A stretch of 64,000 nucleotides of DNA, taken from an uncultured delta proteobacterium. Its GTDB lineage: Bacteria; Myxococcota_A; Polyangia; Fen-1088. Location of the stretch: the NCBI GenBank assembly GCA_963767925.1, contig CAVYGB010000012.1:1-64000 (forward strand). Reading direction: 5' to 3'. Position numbers and translations under genes: made by a program. The notes below the pieces were generated by a model. That model saw only the letters and a program-made list of their open reading frames with translations. It searched no databases and was not told the DNA's origin. Of the stretch, positions 54,117 to 62,532 are shown piece after piece. The number at the start of each line of letters is the position of its first letter. Within the stretch, counting starts at the first letter, position 1.

Positions 54117-55781
54117 ATGCGCGACGAAGTCAAACGCTGTTACTTCGACGAGAAGAAGTGTGGCCGTTCGATTGGCCTTGCCTTGGGCCTCTGTCTTGGG
54201 ATGCATCTCGCTGCGTTTTGGTTCGCGCCCGTCCTGCCGGGACAAGATCTCCCTCAACATCTTGCGTACGCACGCATCTTCGCTGATTACAGAAGCAACC
54301 ACCTCTATCAGGACCTCTACCAGTTGCCGGAGCGATTCCAGACCTACTTCCTGTCGTATTACGCGCTGGCAGGGCTCGCTCCAATCATGCCTGTTACCGT
54401 CGCTACACGGCTTCTGTTCTCCCTTTATGCCGTCGCAATGGTAGGGGCGTTCGCGGCTTTGGTGCGAGCGACGCACCGCCTTGATCGCGGCTTGGGGATT
54501 CCCAGTACAACTCCCCTGGCCGCGCTGATCATCTGGAATCCGTTGGCGGCTATGGGATTTTTCGAGTTTGTACTAACGGGACCGATCTTCGTTTTCGGAT
54601 TCGCCTGCTACTTGCGGCTGAGTGTCGACGGTGAACGGTGGACGACGCGCGTCTTGCTGGTTGCGATGGCGGTCCTGCTGGCCTCCCTGCACGTTGCCGC
54701 CGCGGGCATGTTCGTTCTGTTTGTGACTCTCCACGCGGCGCTCAAACACGATGGTCGCAGCCTCGAAGCTTCTCTTCTGGCGATTGCGTCCACGGCCCTT
54801 GCTTTCGCCGTCTGGAATCTGGTGGGGGAACCAGGCCTTGGAAGCATGGCAGGTATCGATTGGCTTGACCGATCGAGAGCGAATGCGGGACTGAGCTTCA
54901 TTTCGGAAGCCATGACTGCCAAGTGGAACGATCCCCTGACGAAGATCGGTTACGCGGCATGGGCGCTTCTGGGGCCCTTTCGATTCACATCGCAGGTGAC
55001 CATCGCCGCCATCCTCGGCGCCGTCTTCTACCTCGCAGATCGACGGAATCGAGCACCGTCGGACGCCTTCGCTCGCGAAACCACGAGATTTGTCATGCTA
55101 ATGCTCGGGATATGTTTCTTAATTCCTTGGGGCATATACGTGCCGACGGAGTTCACCTTCATCGACTTCCGCGTACTCACTTACTCCGTACTCGTGGGTT
55201 TAGCCTGTATCTCCCCAGCGCTCTTCTCTTCTCCGAGAGCGGTTCTGGCCATCGCCGGGGCCGCTGTTCTGGTTTCAGGGCACTTTGCCTGGCAAACCTT
55301 TCAGCTGGGACGTGAAGTCGCTCCGGCCATTTCCCTGTTGAGAAGGGCGACTCCGGGCGGAATGATGGCTTCATTGTCCTTCAAAAATCAAAGCGCATTT
55401 TTCGGTGATCTCTTCAGGGTCACGCATTTTCTGCCTATGTACTACACGGTTGAGGGCGCAGGGGCGAATACCCAGTTCTGGGCGAAATACACAGACCATC
55501 TGCCGATTGGATACAAGGCTGGTCGGGATCCCGGCGGCACGGCGGATTGGGCACCAGATACGTTCCGGCTTGTTGACCTGAAACGATCAAATTACCTCTT
55601 CGTGGAGAAGCCGTTTGCCCTGAGTTCAAAACAGACCTGGGCGAACTACTCCGCGGTCATGGAAAAAATTCGGTTTGCCTCCGCGTTGTCTCTGCTCGAT
55701 TGTCATGGCGACTATTGCCTCTACCGGGTGGATCCGTCCAAGATCCCGGAAGAACCACTGCCTGGGAAGGGGGGAATCTAA
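54117..55781 (+). CDS. Multi-pass membrane protein, GT-C glycosyltransferase-like
   Basis: About 11-13 TM segments, QDLPQH in the loop after TM1, soluble C-terminal domain. Function is inferred. Confidence 0.7.
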   Translation: MRDEVKRCYFDEKKCGRSIGLALGLCLGMHLAAFWFAPVLPGQDLPQHLAYARIFADYRSNHLYQDLYQLPERFQTYFLSYYALAGLAPIMPVTVATRLLFSLYAVAMVGAFAALVRATHRLDRGLGIPSTTPLAALIIWNPLAAMGFFEFVLTGPIFVFGFACYLRLSVDGERWTTRVLLVAMAVLLASLHVAAAGMFVLFVTLHAALKHDGRSLEASLLAIASTALAFAVWNLVGEPGLGSMAGIDWLDRSRANAGLSFISEAMTAKWNDPLTKIGYAAWALLGPFRFTSQVTIAAILGAVFYLADRRNRAPSDAFARETTRFVMLMLGICFLIPWGIYVPTEFTFIDFRVLTYSVLVGLACISPALFSSPRAVLAIAGAAVLVSGHFAWQTFQLGREVAPAISLLRRATPGGMMASLSFKNQSAFFGDLFRVTHFLPMYYTVEGAGANTQFWAKYTDHLPIGYKAGRDPGGTADWAPDTFRLVDLKRSNYLFVEKPFALSSKQTWANYSAVMEKIRFASALSLLDCHGDYCLYRVDPSKIPEEPLPGKGGI

Positions 55782-56079
55782 GTCAGTAGCGCCCGCGTAG
55801 AGCGCGCGGTAGGTCTCTTCCAGTCCGCTCACGAAGGTGGGATCGTCAAGCAAGGGGCGTAGGCAATCGGTAGGCACTCCAGCGTTCGACAGTCATCACC
55901 ACAAACTTGGCTTTCAAGACCCGGGACACCGTCTTTCGAGGTGCCGCGTGAGTGGGCGCCCTCGTCGACCGTTTTGTCGAGCGCTGCCTTTCCGGCGATA
56001 TCGACGCCGAGCGCTGGCGTTAACGAAACGCCACCGACCGCCTTCTCCCCCCGTCGGTCCCCTTGCCACTCGAACGCGG

Positions 56080-56824
56080 AGGGCGCCTTCGCTCGCTACT
56101 CGCTGCACGAGCCCCGGAGCACATGGAGAGATGCCAGCGTCTGCTGGCCGTGCCCTACAAACGGGCCTGGGTCCGGGCCGTCGAGGATCTCGAAGGCGAA
56201 GAGTTTCGGGCTATGCTTGAAGCCGCTGACCGTCGCACCCGCGAGGGCCCGCCGCGACTACGCGCTCCTCCTCACGTTTCTCAATACCGGTGCCCGCGTG
56301 CAGGAGTTGCTCGACGTTCGGCCGGTCGATCTCCAACTCGTGCGCCCTCTTCAGATTCGTCTCTGCGGCAAGGGGCGCAAGGAGCGCTTCTGTCCGATCT
56401 GGCCGGGGACTGCGGCGGCCCTGCGGGAGCTCGTGGCAGAAGCGGGACTCATTGGCAGCTCGACAGCCGGCTCTTCCGCAATCGACGTGGTGAGCCCCTG
56501 ACCCGCTTTGGCGTGCGGCACATCCTGCGGACCTACGCGCAGCGGGCGCAGAAATCGACGCCGAGCCTGGCCCGCAAGCTCGTGCATCCGCATACGATGC
56601 GCCATACGGCGGCCGTGCATCTTCTGCAGGCCGGCGTGGATCTCGTGTCGATCAGCCACTGGCTCGGCCATCAAACCGTCGAGACCACAAATCGCTACGC
56701 CACCCTGGACCTCGAGACCAAGCGCAAGGCTGTCGCGAAGGTAGGACCGATCGGGGATGACGACCGCGCATCTGCTGCGTGGCGCTCGGACGCCTCGGTC
56801 CTCGCCTGGCTTAAAGCGCTGTGA
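56080..56824 (+). pseudogene. Tyrosine recombinase of a RIT element (third gene), frameshifted and 5'-truncated
   Basis: PEHMERCQRLLAVPYKR, RDYALL...NTGARVQE, GKGRKER, HPHTMRHT, WLGH...TTNRY, VLAWLKAL. Confidence 0.85.
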
Positions 56825-56831
56825 CCCCGAA

Positions 56832-56950
56832 TTATGTGGAGTCGGGGACGACAAAGGCCTCGAATTCCGCGAATTTCCCGTGGTCCGCCGGGCGACTCCA
56901 CATTACCAGGTGCTCCACATGAGTCGACTTATGTGGAGCTCCACATAAGT
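56832..56950. repeat. RIT-type terminal recombinase-binding repeats
   Basis: TTATGTGGAG (56832), CTCCACATTA (56896), CTCCACATGA (56913), and perfect palindrome ACTTATGTGGAGCTCCACATAAGT (56927-56950). Confidence 0.75.
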
Positions 56951-57326
56951 AGACGAGTTGGGCTTCGTGCCCTTTGATCGGGCTGGCGGCGAGCTGCTCT
57001 TTTACTGCTCGCCGACCGATACGAGAAGCGCAGCGTCCTGGTCACTTCAAATCTCGCCTTCGCCGAGTGGGTGAAGGTCTTCGCTGGCGACGAGAAGCTC
57101 ACCACGGCGCTGCTCGACCGGCTGGCCCACCACGCGACCGTCATCGCCACCAAGGGTCGTAGCTACCGCATGCGCAAGCGGGTAGCCGACGACGTCTCCC
57201 CACCCACGGTCCCCCCCACCTTGCCCAAGCCCACTCGCAAGGCGTAAGCTGGCCTCCATTCACATAGCCGATGGGTGGATCAGTTTTGGAGCGGCGAAGT
57301 GGATCACTTTTGGAGCGGCGGCAGCA
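56949..57326 (+). mobile_element. istB: IS21-family remnant: istB 3' part and right end
   Basis: VDELGFVPFD...LLF, VTSNLAFAEW...TTALLDRLAHH...GRSYR. Terminal tandem GTGGATCASTTTTGGAGCGGCG at 57275 and 57299. Confidence 0.88.
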
Positions 57327-57627
57327 GCCTCAGCCAGTAGTACGCCGTCGATGGGTTTCACGCCCGTCCAGGCCGCCGCCTCCGATACCGTCGCTAGGTG
57401 GTCACCAGGTCGGCCACGTCGGATCGCTGCTTGCCCGTGTAGTGCCTACGCATGCGCCCAGGGTGCCGGCCCTCCCGGCGTCGCGCCATGTGCGGTCCGT
57501 GCAGCGGTTACCTTGATCCAGCAGTTCCGAGGTTCCACGCCGCCAGAAGGCTTGGTAGTTCAGACGTCAGGCGTTACGCCGCTGCCCACTTCGGACTGAG
57601 AGGGTTCCGCCCTTCACCGCCGGGTGA

Positions 57628-59172
57628 TCAGAGGGGCTGGTGGGCGGCCTGTTCGGCCTGGGCGGCGGTGAGGGCTCCCGTCTTGACCATGAGCTGCAGG
57701 ACGTTGTCGCGGCGGGCGCGGGCGGCTTGGGGGTGGCGGCGGGGGGAGGTGCGGGCGGGCGCGTGGGCGATCCCGGCCAGCAGCGCGCATTGCCCGACGT
57801 CGAGCTCGGGGACCTCCCGGGAGAAGTAGCGGCGGGCGGCGGCCTGCACCCCGAAGGCGCCTTCACCCAGGAAGATACCGTTGAGGTAGAGGGTGAGGAT
57901 CTCCTGCTTGGAGTAGCGCCGTTCGAGCTCGTGGGCGAGCACCACCTGGCGCAGCTTGCGGGCGACGGTGGGCTCGGGGCCGAGCGAGAGCTTCGCCAGT
58001 TGCTGGGTGATGGTCGAGCCACCCTGCTCGACGCCGCCGGTCTCGAGGTTGGTGAGCAACGCCCGGCCCATGGCGCGCAGGTCGACCCCTTCGTGATCGA
58101 AGAAGCGGCGGTCCTGGGCGGCCACGAAGGCCTGCACCAGGGCCGGCGGGAACCGATCGAAGGGGACGAAGCCAGCGGGCAGCGCCGGCGCCGCGCGGTC
58201 TGGCCCGAGAGCCGCCGCCGGGACCGCCGCGCCCGGCGCGACCGGGTTCGCGGGCGGCGGCCCCGGCGGAGCCGACGCCAGCAGCGCAAGCTGTCCGGGC
58301 AGCGGCAGGTGCGCCGGCAGCTCGGCGAGCGCCTGCAGCCCCGCCACCGCCGCCACCCCACCGGCCACGACGACGGCGGCGAAGAGCACCGGCAAGACGG
58401 CGATCCCCGCCGAGGCCACCGGCGCCAGCGCCCCCCCGGCGGACGGCCCCCCGGGAAGGGGCGCCCGAGGAACCGCGGCGCTCGTCGACGCCGGCGGCGA
58501 AGCGCTCGTCGAAGCCGATGTCGATGCCGTCGGCGAGGCGCTCGTCGACGCCGGCGGCGAAGCGCTCGTCGAAGCCGATGTCGATGCCGTCGGCGAAGCG
58601 CTCGTCGATGCTGGCGGCGACGGCGCAGCCGCGCCGGTACCGCCCGGCAGCACCAGCAGCGCCCAGTCGCGCCGCCACTCCGGGCGCCCGCGGTCGAGGG
58701 CGGCCCGCAGGCGGTCGAGCGCGCTGCTGAGGCGCCAGCGGATCGTCCCCGCCGGCACCGCCAGGCGGCGGGCGATCTCCGCCGCGGAGCGGCCGTCGAA
58801 GTAGCGCAGGAGCAAGGTCTGCCGGAAGGGCTCCTCGAGCGCCTCCACCCGGTCGGCCAGGAGCCGCTGGATCTCCAGGCGGCCCAGCGACTGCTCGGGG
58901 GTGGGCAACGGATCGGCCGGGGCGGCGGCGCGCTCGCGCGCGCGCCGGCGGTCGGCGCTGCGGAAGCGGTTGTGCCCGAGACGCCGGAGCACGGTGGCCA
59001 GCCAGGCGCGCGGCTGGCGGGTGGCGGTGGGACGTTCGAGGGCCTTGACCCAGACCTCCTGGCAGAGGTCGTCGGCATCGCCGGGCGCGACGAGCGCGCG
59101 GGCCAGCCGCCGGGCCCAGGCCGCGTGCGCGAGGAGCTGCGTCAGATCGGTTCCGTCTGCTGCTTTCGACAT
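57628..59172 (-). CDS. ECF sigma factor fused via Ser/Thr linker and TM helix to a GT51 transglycosylase domain lacking catalytic Glu
   Basis: Sigma2 ARRLARAL...DADDLCQEVW...RAWLATV, sigma4 LRYFDGRSAAEIARRLAVPAGTIRWRL, TM IAVLPVLFAAVVVAGGVAAVAGL, GT51 motifs QDRRFFDHEG, GGSTITQQLAK, RKLRQ, KQEILTLYLN, LLAG. One uninterrupted ORF. Confidence 0.9.
   Translation of the reverse strand: MSKAADGTDLTQLLAHAAWARRLARALVAPGDADDLCQEVWVKALERPTATRQPRAWLATVLRRLGHNRFRSADRRRARERAAAPADPLPTPEQSLGRLEIQRLLADRVEALEEPFRQTLLLRYFDGRSAAEIARRLAVPAGTIRWRLSSALDRLRAALDRGRPEWRRDWALLVLPGGTGAAAPSPPASTSASPTASTSASTSASPPASTSASPTASTSASTSASPPASTSAAVPRAPLPGGPSAGGALAPVASAGIAVLPVLFAAVVVAGGVAAVAGLQALAELPAHLPLPGQLALLASAPPGPPPANPVAPGAAVPAAALGPDRAAPALPAGFVPFDRFPPALVQAFVAAQDRRFFDHEGVDLRAMGRALLTNLETGGVEQGGSTITQQLAKLSLGPEPTVARKLRQVVLAHELERRYSKQEILTLYLNGIFLGEGAFGVQAAARRYFSREVPELDVGQCALLAGIAHAPARTSPRRHPQAARARRDNVLQLMVKTGALTAAQAEQAAHQPL
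58478..58620. repeat. In-frame 60-bp tandem repeat (about 2.4 copies) encoding PPASTSASPTASTSASTSAS
   Basis: Unit GCGCTCGTCGACGCCGGCGGCGAAGCGCTCGTCGAAGCCGATGTCGATGCCGTCGGCGAR, repeated at 60-bp period. Confidence 0.9.
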
Positions 59173-59840
59173 GGTCCCTGCGAGACACCGCCGGCCGCCG
59201 CAGTGTTGGCGGCGCCCTCGGCGAGCGCCCCCTCCACCGCCGCCACGCTCTCCAGGATACGATCCGCCCCCGCGAACGCGCAGCGGCGGGTGAAGTGGGA
59301 GGGGACGACCCAGCAGGTCAGGCCCGCCGCCACAGCCGCCCGCAGCCCCCGCTCCGAGTCCTCGATCACCAGGCAGTCCTCCGGCCGCAGGCCGCTGCGG
59401 GCGACGGCCCGCAGGTAGGGCTCGGGATCGGGCTTGGAGACCCGGTAGTCCGCGGGCGTCAGCACGAACTCGAACAGGGCCAGGAAGCTCGGGTCGCGGT
59501 GGATGCGGGCGAAGTGCTCGCTGCTGGTCACGATGGCCATGCGGTAGCGGGCCGCCAGGCGCCGCACCACGTCCGCCACGCCGGGGATGGCGGTCGGGCC
59601 GGCGTCGATCAGCGCGCCGAAGCGCTCATCGCGTCGCCGCCGCAGCGCCGGGATCGCCTCCGGGCTCAACCCCGGCACCAGGTGCCAGGCTCCCCGCGAC
59701 TGCCGCAGGAAGCACTCCAGGTAGTCCTCCTCGAGGAGGTCGAAGCCCAGGGTGGCCATCACCTCGCGGGTGGCCTGGTAATAGAGGCCCTCGGTGTCGA
59801 CGAGGACGCCGTCGTTGTCCCAGAAGATCGCCTTCCACAC
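59142..59840 (-). CDS. HAD-family phosphatase (beta-PGM-like)
   Basis: WDNDGVLVDTE, IVTSS, KPDPEPY, VIEDSERG. Confidence 0.92.
   Translation of the reverse strand: MWKAIFWDNDGVLVDTEGLYYQATREVMATLGFDLLEEDYLECFLRQSRGAWHLVPGLSPEAIPALRRRRDERFGALIDAGPTAIPGVADVVRRLAARYRMAIVTSSEHFARIHRDPSFLALFEFVLTPADYRVSKPDPEPYLRAVARSGLRPEDCLVIEDSERGLRAAVAAGLTCWVVPSHFTRRCAFAGADRILESVAAVEGALAEGAANTAAAGGVSQGPCRKQQTEPI
59183..59210 (-). promoter_or_regulatory. Candidate ECF-type (autoregulatory) promoter
   Basis: Minus strand reads GCCAAC-N18-GTCT, 10 nt before the sigma ATG. Short motifs, so a chance match is possible. Confidence 0.35.
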
Positions 59841-59861
59841 GCCCGCGAGGGTAGCACCGAC

Positions 59862-60650
59862 TCAGGGCCGCTTCCGCTCCGCCTCCTGGTGGCGCTGCTG
59901 CTCTTCCATGACCAGCGCGCCCAGCTCGCGCTCGATGGCGTTGAAGGCGGGCGACGCCGGATCGCGCGGGCGCGGCAGGGCGATGACCTGGTCGCGCTTG
60001 ATGGTGCCGGGGCGGTAGGTCATCACCACCACCCGATCGGCCAGGTAGACCGCCTCCTCGATGTTGTGGGTGACGAACACGATGGTCTTGCGGAAGCGGC
60101 CCCAGATGCGCAGCAGCTCGTCCTGCAGGTTGCGGCGGGTGAGGGCGTCGAGGGCCCCGAACGGCTCGTCCATCAACAAGATCGGGGGGTCGATGGCCAG
60201 GACGCGGGCCAGGGCCACCCGCTGGCGCATGCCCCCGCTGAGGTCGCGGGGGAAGCGGTCGCCGAACTCCTCCAGCCCGAACAGGGCCAGCAGCTCGCCC
60301 ACGCGCCGGTCGATCTCCGGGCGGGGGAGGCCCTTGACCTGCAGGCCGAAGGCGACATTGTCGGCCACCGTCATCCAGGGAAAGAGCGCGTACTCCTGGA
60401 ACACCATGCCCCGCTCGGGCCCCGGCCCGCTGACCACCTTGCCCTCGACCAGCACCTGGCCCGCGCTCGGTGGGACGAACCCGGCGATGGCGTTCAGCAG
60501 GGTGGACTTGCCGCAGCCCGAGGGGCCCAGCAGACAACACAGCTCCCCCCGGGCCACCTCGAGATCGATCCCGGCCAGGGCAACGACGTCGCGCTCTCGC
60601 CCCCGGAAGACCTGGTGGACGCCGCGGGCCAGGATGTGGCTCGGCTCCAT
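59862..60650 (-). CDS. NitT/TauT-type ABC transporter ATPase
   Basis: GPSGCGKS, LSGGMRQR, LLMDEPFGALD, VTH. Confidence 0.95.
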   Translation of the reverse strand: MEPSHILARGVHQVFRGRERDVVALAGIDLEVARGELCCLLGPSGCGKSTLLNAIAGFVPPSAGQVLVEGKVVSGPGPERGMVFQEYALFPWMTVADNVAFGLQVKGLPRPEIDRRVGELLALFGLEEFGDRFPRDLSGGMRQRVALARVLAIDPPILLMDEPFGALDALTRRNLQDELLRIWGRFRKTIVFVTHNIEEAVYLADRVVVMTYRPGTIKRDQVIALPRPRDPASPAFNAIERELGALVMEEQQRHQEAERKRP

Positions 60651-60654
60651 CGCC

Positions 60655-61473
60655 TCAGCCGTGCTCCAGCCCGCGGTGCCAGCGCAGCAGGTGATCGGTG
60701 AGCCGGCTCATCAGCAGATCGATGCCGAGGCCCAGCAGGCCGATGGTGATCATGCCGGCGATGATCTTGTCCGACCACATGAACTCCCGGGCCTCGAGGA
60801 TGCGGTACCCAAGGCCGTCGTTGACCGCGATCATCTCCGAGACGATCACCACGATGAAGGCGGTGCCCACTCCGATGCGCATGCCGGTCAGGATGTACGG
60901 CATCGCCGCCGGCACGATGATCCGCCGGAACAGGGTGGCCCGCCCGGCGCCCAGGTTGCGGGCGGCGCGCAGATAGATGCCGTCGACGTTGCGGACGCCG
61001 GCGATTGTGTTCATCAGCACCGGGAAGAAGGCCCCCAGCGCGATGAGGAAGATGGCGGGCGGGTTGCCGAGGCCGAACCAGAGGATGGCCAGGGGGATGT
61101 AAGCGATGGGCGGGATCGGGCGCAGCACCTGCAAGATCGGGTTGAAGAGCTGGTGGGCCCGCGGGCTGGCTCCCATGCCCAGGCCGACGGGCAGGGCCAG
61201 CGCCGCCCCCACCAGGAACCCGATCACCACCCGGTACAGGCTCGAGGCGGCGTCGGTGAGCAGCTCCCCCGACAGCAGCCAGGCCAGGTACGAGCCCTCC
61301 GCCGGATCGTGGGGCGCCGCCGGCCGCAGCCCGGCCAGCCAGCGGGCCGCCACCGCCGAGGGGGCGGGCAACACGACCGGCGCGACAAGCCCGGCGCGGG
61401 CGCAGGCCTCCCAGACCGCCACCAGCGCCAGGGGCACGGCCGCCCCGCGCAGGGCCCGCCTCCAGCCGCTCAC
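60655..61473 (-). CDS. NitT/TauT-type ABC transporter permease
   Basis: LRPIPPIAYIPL, AARNLGA, IVSEMIA. GTGA overlap with the binding-protein gene. Confidence 0.93.
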   Translation of the reverse strand: MSGWRRALRGAAVPLALVAVWEACARAGLVAPVVLPAPSAVAARWLAGLRPAAPHDPAEGSYLAWLLSGELLTDAASSLYRVVIGFLVGAALALPVGLGMGASPRAHQLFNPILQVLRPIPPIAYIPLAILWFGLGNPPAIFLIALGAFFPVLMNTIAGVRNVDGIYLRAARNLGAGRATLFRRIIVPAAMPYILTGMRIGVGTAFIVVIVSEMIAVNDGLGYRILEAREFMWSDKIIAGMITIGLLGLGIDLLMSRLTDHLLRWHRGLEHG

Positions 61474-62441
61474 CGGGCGGGCGCCTCCCCGCGGGCCTTC
61501 TCCAGCAGGTCGAGCTTGACCCAGTCCTCGGCGCGCGGCGGGCGGGCCATGCGCCCCACCCCGAACCGCTGCATGAGCTCGGTCGTGACGGCGATGTGGG
61601 GGACGGTGACGTCGTGGGTGAAGGCGGCGTTGCTCATGGCGTCCTGGTAGTCCTGGGCGCCGAGCTGACCCTTGAACAGCTTGGCGCGCACGTAGGACTC
61701 GGCCAGCTTCCCGTCCTGCAGGAAGGCCCGGGTGGCGGCCACGAACAGGCGCACGAACCGCTCGGCCACCTCGCGCCGCTCGCGGTAGAGCTTCTCGGTG
61801 ACAACCAGGGTCCGCACCGGCTCGCCCAGGGCGGTGTCGTAGGGCTTGTTCACCTCCACCCCGATCTTGCGGCTGAGGGCCTGCGCCGACTGCGGCTCCG
61901 ACTGGCACATGGCATCGATCTGCTTGCCCGCCAGCGCCTGGTTCAGATCGGCGAAGGCCAGGTACACGATGCGCACGTCTTTGCCCGGCTTCTCCGACCA
62001 GGTGAGGCCGTGTTTCGCGAGCTGGGCCAGCAGCAGCAGCTCCATGGTGGCGCCCCGGGTGACGCCCACCCGCTTGCCCTTGAGCCCGGCGACCGAGGTG
62101 ATGCCGGCGCCCGCCCCGGCGACGATGCGGGCGCCGCCCCGGGCGAACCCGGCCACGACGTAGATCGGCACCCCGTTGGCCCGGGCGGCGATGGCCGCCT
62201 CCGCGCCGCTGGCGGCGGCGTCGATCTCGCCCGCCACGATGGCCGGCATGATGTCCACCCCCTTGGCGAAGATCCGCTCCTCGATCTTCAGGCCGAAGCG
62301 GGGGGCCAGCTCCTTCATGTACGAGACGGCGCCGTAGTGGGCGAACTTGAGGTTGCCGAGGCGGACCACGTCTTCGGCCCGCGCGCGCCCGGCCCCGGCC
62401 AGCAGCCCCAGCATCACGAGGGGAATCGTCGGCGATCTCAT
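61470..62441 (-). CDS. NitT/TauT/SsuA-type ABC substrate-binding protein
   Basis: Signal peptide, AGEIDA, LKGKRVGVTRG, IDA...EP. Confidence 0.92.
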   Translation of the reverse strand: MRSPTIPLVMLGLLAGAGRARAEDVVRLGNLKFAHYGAVSYMKELAPRFGLKIEERIFAKGVDIMPAIVAGEIDAAASGAEAAIAARANGVPIYVVAGFARGGARIVAGAGAGITSVAGLKGKRVGVTRGATMELLLLAQLAKHGLTWSEKPGKDVRIVYLAFADLNQALAGKQIDAMCQSEPQSAQALSRKIGVEVNKPYDTALGEPVRTLVVTEKLYRERREVAERFVRLFVAATRAFLQDGKLAESYVRAKLFKGQLGAQDYQDAMSNAAFTHDVTVPHIAVTTELMQRFGVGRMARPPRAEDWVKLDLLEKARGEAPAR

Positions 62442-62532
62442 TTCTGCTCAATCCCTCTAGCACGACCGGCCCGGTGGCGCGCGCGGCCCGCCCCGCCCTT
62501 CCCTGCCGCCCGGGCCGGTGTTACGAATGGCC

